Made by a program: the position numbers and the translations under genes
Assembly: GCA_965204745.1 (NCBI GenBank)
Contig: OZ242010.1
Coordinates: 4,512,001 to 4,576,000, forward strand
Length of the DNA stretch: 64,000 nt
Source: Candidatus Latescibacterota bacterium
GTDB taxonomy: Bacteria; Latescibacterota; UBA2968
Reading direction: 5' to 3'
Notes under the pieces: generated by a model
Seen by the model: the letters and a program-made list of their open reading frames with translations, nothing else
The model's database searches: none
Told to the model about the DNA's origin: nothing
Shown here: positions 60,392 through 64,000 of the stretch, one piece after another
Position numbering within the stretch: the stretch's first letter is position 1
How the letters are laid out: each line of letters opens with the position of its first letter

Positions 60392-61219
60392 CTAAACGAA
60401 TAAGGGCTGATCGGATTGTGGGACGATGCCCGCTTTTTCGGCGCGTGCGAACAAGTCCGCGATGGCGGCCTCGCCATCTGTGCCGTAGTCCAGCGTGTAG
60501 TGGTTGACGTAGAGGTCGATGTGTCGTTGCATCACGGCTTCGTCCATTTCCTGCGCGTGCTGGCGGATGTAATTTTTGACCGCATCCGGATTGGCGTGTG
60601 CGTATTCCACGCTGGCGCGCAAGGAGCGGTCGATGTGCTGAATGTTCTCGCGTCCGAGATCGCGGCGGGCGAGGATGCCGCCGAGGGGAATGGGATGCCC
60701 GGTGCTCGCTTCCCACCACTCGCCCAAGTCGATGACTTTGTGCAAGCCGTACTCCGGGTACGTGAATCGGGATTCGTGGATGATCACGCCAGCGTCAACA
60801 TCGCCTTGTTGCGCGGCGTCCATGATTTCGTGAAAGGGCATGACGGCGAGGTCGGTCAACGCGGGATTGAAGAGGCGCAATAAGAGCGCGGCTGTGGTGA
60901 GCCGGCCGGGAATGGCGATGCGCTTGCCCAAGAGATCGTCGGGATCGAGCGCGTCAGGGGCGACGACGAGCGGGCCACACCCTCGGCCCAACGCGCCCCC
61001 GGAATGCAGCAGGCAATACCGGTCGCGCATCAAAGCGAGGGCGTGGAATGAGATTTTGGTCATGTCCAACTGCCCGGCCATTGCCAGGCGATTCAGGGTT
61101 TCGATATCTTCGAGCACCTCGCGGCATGCTGGCGCGCCGTCAATTTTGCCGTGAACCAGCCCGTAGAAAATGTACGTGTCATTGGGACACGGGGAATAGC
61201 CGAGAGAGATATGGGACAT
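60392..61219 (-). CDS. mqnD: 1,4-dihydroxy-6-naphthoate synthase
   Basis: SPCPNDT, GGALGRGCGP, IIHE.RFTY and HI.LYVN motifs. Confidence 0.95.
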   Translation of the reverse strand: MSHISLGYSPCPNDTYIFYGLVHGKIDGAPACREVLEDIETLNRLAMAGQLDMTKISFHALALMRDRYCLLHSGGALGRGCGPLVVAPDALDPDDLLGKRIAIPGRLTTAALLLRLFNPALTDLAVMPFHEIMDAAQQGDVDAGVIIHESRFTYPEYGLHKVIDLGEWWEASTGHPIPLGGILARRDLGRENIQHIDRSLRASVEYAHANPDAVKNYIRQHAQEMDEAVMQRHIDLYVNHYTLDYGTDGEAAIADLFARAEKAGIVPQSDQPLFV

Positions 61220-61259
61220 GGCGAACCTCACGAAAAGCGGTTTTCATTTTTTTTGGCTC

Positions 61260-61370
61260 TCGTTACTCGCTACGCTTCGTTGTAGGCTACGCCTGTGCCT
61301 ACGAGGAAGATACAAGGGGGGAAGAACGTCTCCCCTCCCCGTTTCGGGGAGGGGCCGGGGGAGGGGTTCT
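61260..61370. repeat. Family B / REP-like palindrome overlapping the mqnB 3' end
   Basis: cgttactcgctacgcttcgttgtaggctacgcctgtgcct plus cccctccccgtttcggggagggg. Confidence 0.8.
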
Positions 61371-62135
61371 GTTTGATTTTAAGACAGCTTCTGAGATGGA
61401 CGGTATAAGTTTTCGCACGGCGGTTTGGGCGCGGTGGACCGCTCGGGGGATTTCCCACGCGGCTTTGTCGCGATCTTCCACGCGGTTGCTGATGGCGCGC
61501 AGTTCGAGGAAGGGGACCGCGTAGAGGGTGCAGAGATGCGCGGCGGCCACGCCTTCCATGGTTTCGCAAATCGCGTTGAAACGCGCTGCCAACGCATCGC
61601 CGATGTCGCGGCGGCCCGTGCATTGTTGCACGGTGACAAATGGCCCTCGCGCCACGGGTTCGCCCGATTGCTCGAGGATGCGTTCGGCTTTGGCGACGAG
61701 TGTGGAATCGAGGGGATACGCATTGTAATAGTCGCGGTCTGTCGAGAGAATGGGAATGCCGATTTCCTCTGCGGGACGCCAACCCGCGGGCGTGAGAACG
61801 CCCAGTTCGCCGTAATTTTCCTGGGTGGCGAGCGCGAGGTCGCCCGGGCCGAGGTTAGATGCGAGGTAAGCACCGCCAATGCCGATTTGCAGAACGAGGG
61901 CGGGATTGAGGCGTTCCAGCGCGGCGGTGAGGGCCTGCGCGGTGTTGACCATCCCAACGCCGGTTTCGACGAGGACCACGGGTACATTACAGAGCATGCC
62001 GCAAAAATGGGGGCGATGTCCCACCTGCTTTATGGTCAGGCCCTCGCGCAAATTTTGTTGCTCATAAGCCGTGGCGGTGAGGATGAGCAGGGGATCACGC
62101 GCCTCGCCAAGTCGTGTCGATGCTCGTGTACCCAT
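61299..62135 (-). CDS. mqnB: Futalosine hydrolase
   Basis: TGVGMVN, GIGGAY, ETMEG and RAISNRVEDR; adjacent to mqnD; start uncertain. Confidence 0.9.
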   Translation of the reverse strand: MGTRASTRLGEARDPLLILTATAYEQQNLREGLTIKQVGHRPHFCGMLCNVPVVLVETGVGMVNTAQALTAALERLNPALVLQIGIGGAYLASNLGPGDLALATQENYGELGVLTPAGWRPAEEIGIPILSTDRDYYNAYPLDSTLVAKAERILEQSGEPVARGPFVTVQQCTGRRDIGDALAARFNAICETMEGVAAAHLCTLYAVPFLELRAISNRVEDRDKAAWEIPRAVHRAQTAVRKLIPSISEAVLKSNRTPPPAPPRNGEGRRSSPLVSSS

Positions 62136-62967
62136 CGGTGTATCTCTTCAGGTGATCGGGCAGGTGATCCAAAAACCACTTGCCCGATTGCGGGATTTCC
62201 CAGGGAATGTCGATTTTGTGATTGCGATCTCGAAACCCAATCGCACACGAGAGTCGCGTCTCGTCCAACCGGTTGGGAAACGCGCCGTGATACGTGCGAT
62301 GGGCAAAGACGATCATGTCGCCCCCGTTGGTGAACAGGGGCACCAACCCCGGAATATCAAACCCGGCGTATTGGTGTTCAGGCTCGCCTTCGGGATAAAA
62401 CGAGCGTCTGTCCGCGGTCAAGTTGAATCCTGCGGGACCTTCCCAATTCTCGACATGGGAATTTTCGATCACGCACAAGCCGCCGTGAACCGGGCGCGAG
62501 CCGGTCAGATAAAACCACTTGCCCGACGGCCACAGCCCGCGGTTCAACACGTCGCCCGTACTCGCGATTTTGTCGGAAAACCCACACCAATCCGTATGCC
62601 AGCGCACGGGTTGAGACCCGGACATGCGGATGATCGCGGCGGAGCGGTGGATGGTCAATTCGTCCGTGCCGATCAAATACCGGTGGATGTCCATAAACGG
62701 TTCGTAGTCCAAAAGTTCCCACGCGCCTGGGCCGGATTCGATCCACGCATGGCGCGTGCGGCTCTCGCCATCTGTCAACATGCCTTCGGGATCCGTGCCG
62801 TCATACACGGCTCGTTTCAGGCTTTCGACGATCTCGTCGGGCAACACATCCTTGACAATCGCAAACCCGTGCGCGTCGAGGCAGTCGGACATGGCGTCGA
62901 GTTCATCGGTCGCAAACTCGTAGCAATAGCCCAAGTCGGGTTTTTCGATGTGCGAGTAGTCTGTCAT
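62095..62967 (-). CDS. Phytanoyl-CoA dioxygenase (PhyH) family protein
   Basis: GFAIVKDVL, WHTD, GDMIVF...YHG...N....R 2OG-Fe(II) motifs; GGAGG RBS. Confidence 0.85.
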   Translation of the reverse strand: MTDYSHIEKPDLGYCYEFATDELDAMSDCLDAHGFAIVKDVLPDEIVESLKRAVYDGTDPEGMLTDGESRTRHAWIESGPGAWELLDYEPFMDIHRYLIGTDELTIHRSAAIIRMSGSQPVRWHTDWCGFSDKIASTGDVLNRGLWPSGKWFYLTGSRPVHGGLCVIENSHVENWEGPAGFNLTADRRSFYPEGEPEHQYAGFDIPGLVPLFTNGGDMIVFAHRTYHGAFPNRLDETRLSCAIGFRDRNHKIDIPWEIPQSGKWFLDHLPDHLKRYTDGYTSIDTTWRGA

Positions 62968-62999
62968 GATTTCCTCCAAAGAAAAAAAGAGAGATGGGG

Positions 63000-63225
63000 A
63001 GCCACAAAAGGCACAAAAGGCACAAAAGGGGTACAATTGGCGATAGCCCGTTCAAAGGCACGAGCGGGGTACAACTGGCGACAGCCAGTTCAAAGGCGTA
63101 GGGGCGATGCCCGTGCTCGCCCGAAGATACAAGATGGGAGTTTAGCCACAAAAGGCACGAGCGGGGTACAACTGGCGACAGCCAGTTCAAAGGCGAGCAG
63201 TGAGTGTAGGTCTTCTCCCGTCTTG
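63000..63225. repeat. Family A repeat cluster
   Basis: Repeated cacaaaagg and gagcggggtacaactggcgacagccagttcaaaggc units. Confidence 0.85.
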
Positions 63226-63450
63226 TATCTTATACCAATTTGATTTTATATTAGCCGCCTCCTGCCTCACATCAGAAATAAATAAGCGTTCCGTAGGGAT
63301 CATTGCTGGTCTAAAACGTTTGGCCTTACAGCCTTGGGGTGGAAGGGTGGGGACTGACTACTGACTACTGACCACTGACCACTGCCTCTTGCCTCTCCCG
63401 TCTTGCCTCTCACCTCTCACCTTTTTCCGTGCTCCCCCGTCAGAGTCGTC

Positions 63451-64000
63451 TTATTCAAACGCCGAGGTGCGGATTTTGTATTGCACGGGGCCGTCGATTG
63501 AGCGGAGCGGGAAGAAGCAATGGGCGATGCCCGTTTTTGTCATGCGAAAACCGGGGTCGTCTGCGAGTGCGATTTTGTCGGCATCTATGCGTTGAACGCG
63601 TAAGCCACGGGTCGTGCCATCGCCGAATGTCACTATGGCGATGGTGCCGGCGATGGCGTCGATCTCAGGTGCGTCCGTTACGACGAGGGCATGGTACGGC
63701 GCACCGTCTTGGATTCGCAACACATCTGTGACCTGCCCTTCGTGCGTTCCGCCGCCGGTTAATTGCGTGGTTTGCCATTGCAGTTTTTGCCCGCCCCACA
63801 AGCCCATCGTTTGCACTGTGCCGTCTCGTTCTCGCACAAACCCGACTTCGCCCTGTAAGGTGAGGTCGCCAGCGCGAAAGGGTTTCTCGCCGGGGTGCAA
63901 GACGATGTGATCCGTGACGCCTCGGTGGCGGATGGCGAGGTAGATGCCGTGCGTGCCGATGTTTGTTGCGTTGACAGAGTCGATAAATGCCCGGTCTCGA
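63451..64000 (-). CDS. C-terminal part of a large protein (possibly heparinase II/III-like), truncated by the window edge
   Basis: Open frame continues toward the window end; beta-rich sequence; family call is weak. Confidence 0.55.
   Translation of the reverse strand, partial: RDRAFIDSVNATNIGTHGIYLAIRHRGVTDHIVLHPGEKPFRAGDLTLQGEVGFVRERDGTVQTMGLWGGQKLQWQTTQLTGGGTHEGQVTDVLRIQDGAPYHALVVTDAPEIDAIAGTIAIVTFGDGTTRGLRVQRIDADKIALADDPGFRMTKTGIAHCFFPLRSIDGPVQYKIRTSAFE

Noticed and set aside
62085-62135. Frameshift at the mqnB start (a GTG overlapping the upstream stop would be in frame with one more C)
   Set aside because: An in-frame ATG at 62135 exists, so the evidence for a lesion is insufficient
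1-64000. tRNA, rRNA or riboswitch genes
   Set aside because: None recognised by eye; a tRNAscan or Rfam run would be needed to exclude them

Overview
Bacterial chromosomal window, about 55-60% GC by eye, with an AT-richer island at about 38-48 kb. The gene content (EF-hand/dockerin-tailed secreted proteins, YWTD/LDL-receptor repeats, sulfatases, PhyH dioxygenase, DUF6785-type membrane protein, futalosine pathway) suggests an uncultured Latescibacterota/Gemmatimonadota-like marine or sponge-associated organism; this is inference. Ordinary content: hpf-hprK, aspartate kinase, a TonB-dependent receptor, rhaA, sugar-acid catabolism genes, thiG-thiE-thiD-thiE, mqnB-mqnD and a complete IS701-family element. 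The main candidate new system is a putative defence island. It holds two tandem modules, each an ABC/AAA_21-type ATPase plus a PLD-fold (MIT_C-like) partner. The ATPases are near-identical except for the C-terminal tail, while the partners are highly divergent. The island also carries a sigma54-type promoter, an unannotated 31-aa type-I-toxin-like ORF, YefM-YoeB, a small GIY-YIG nuclease and a CARF/RtcR-like sigma54 activator broken by a 28-bp tandem duplication. Other notable items are a G16 tract frameshifting a membrane glycosyltransferase, a frameshifted ~1880-aa LRP-like YWTD/metalloprotease protein, and a modular family of intergenic repeats. All family calls come from motif recognition; no searches were run.
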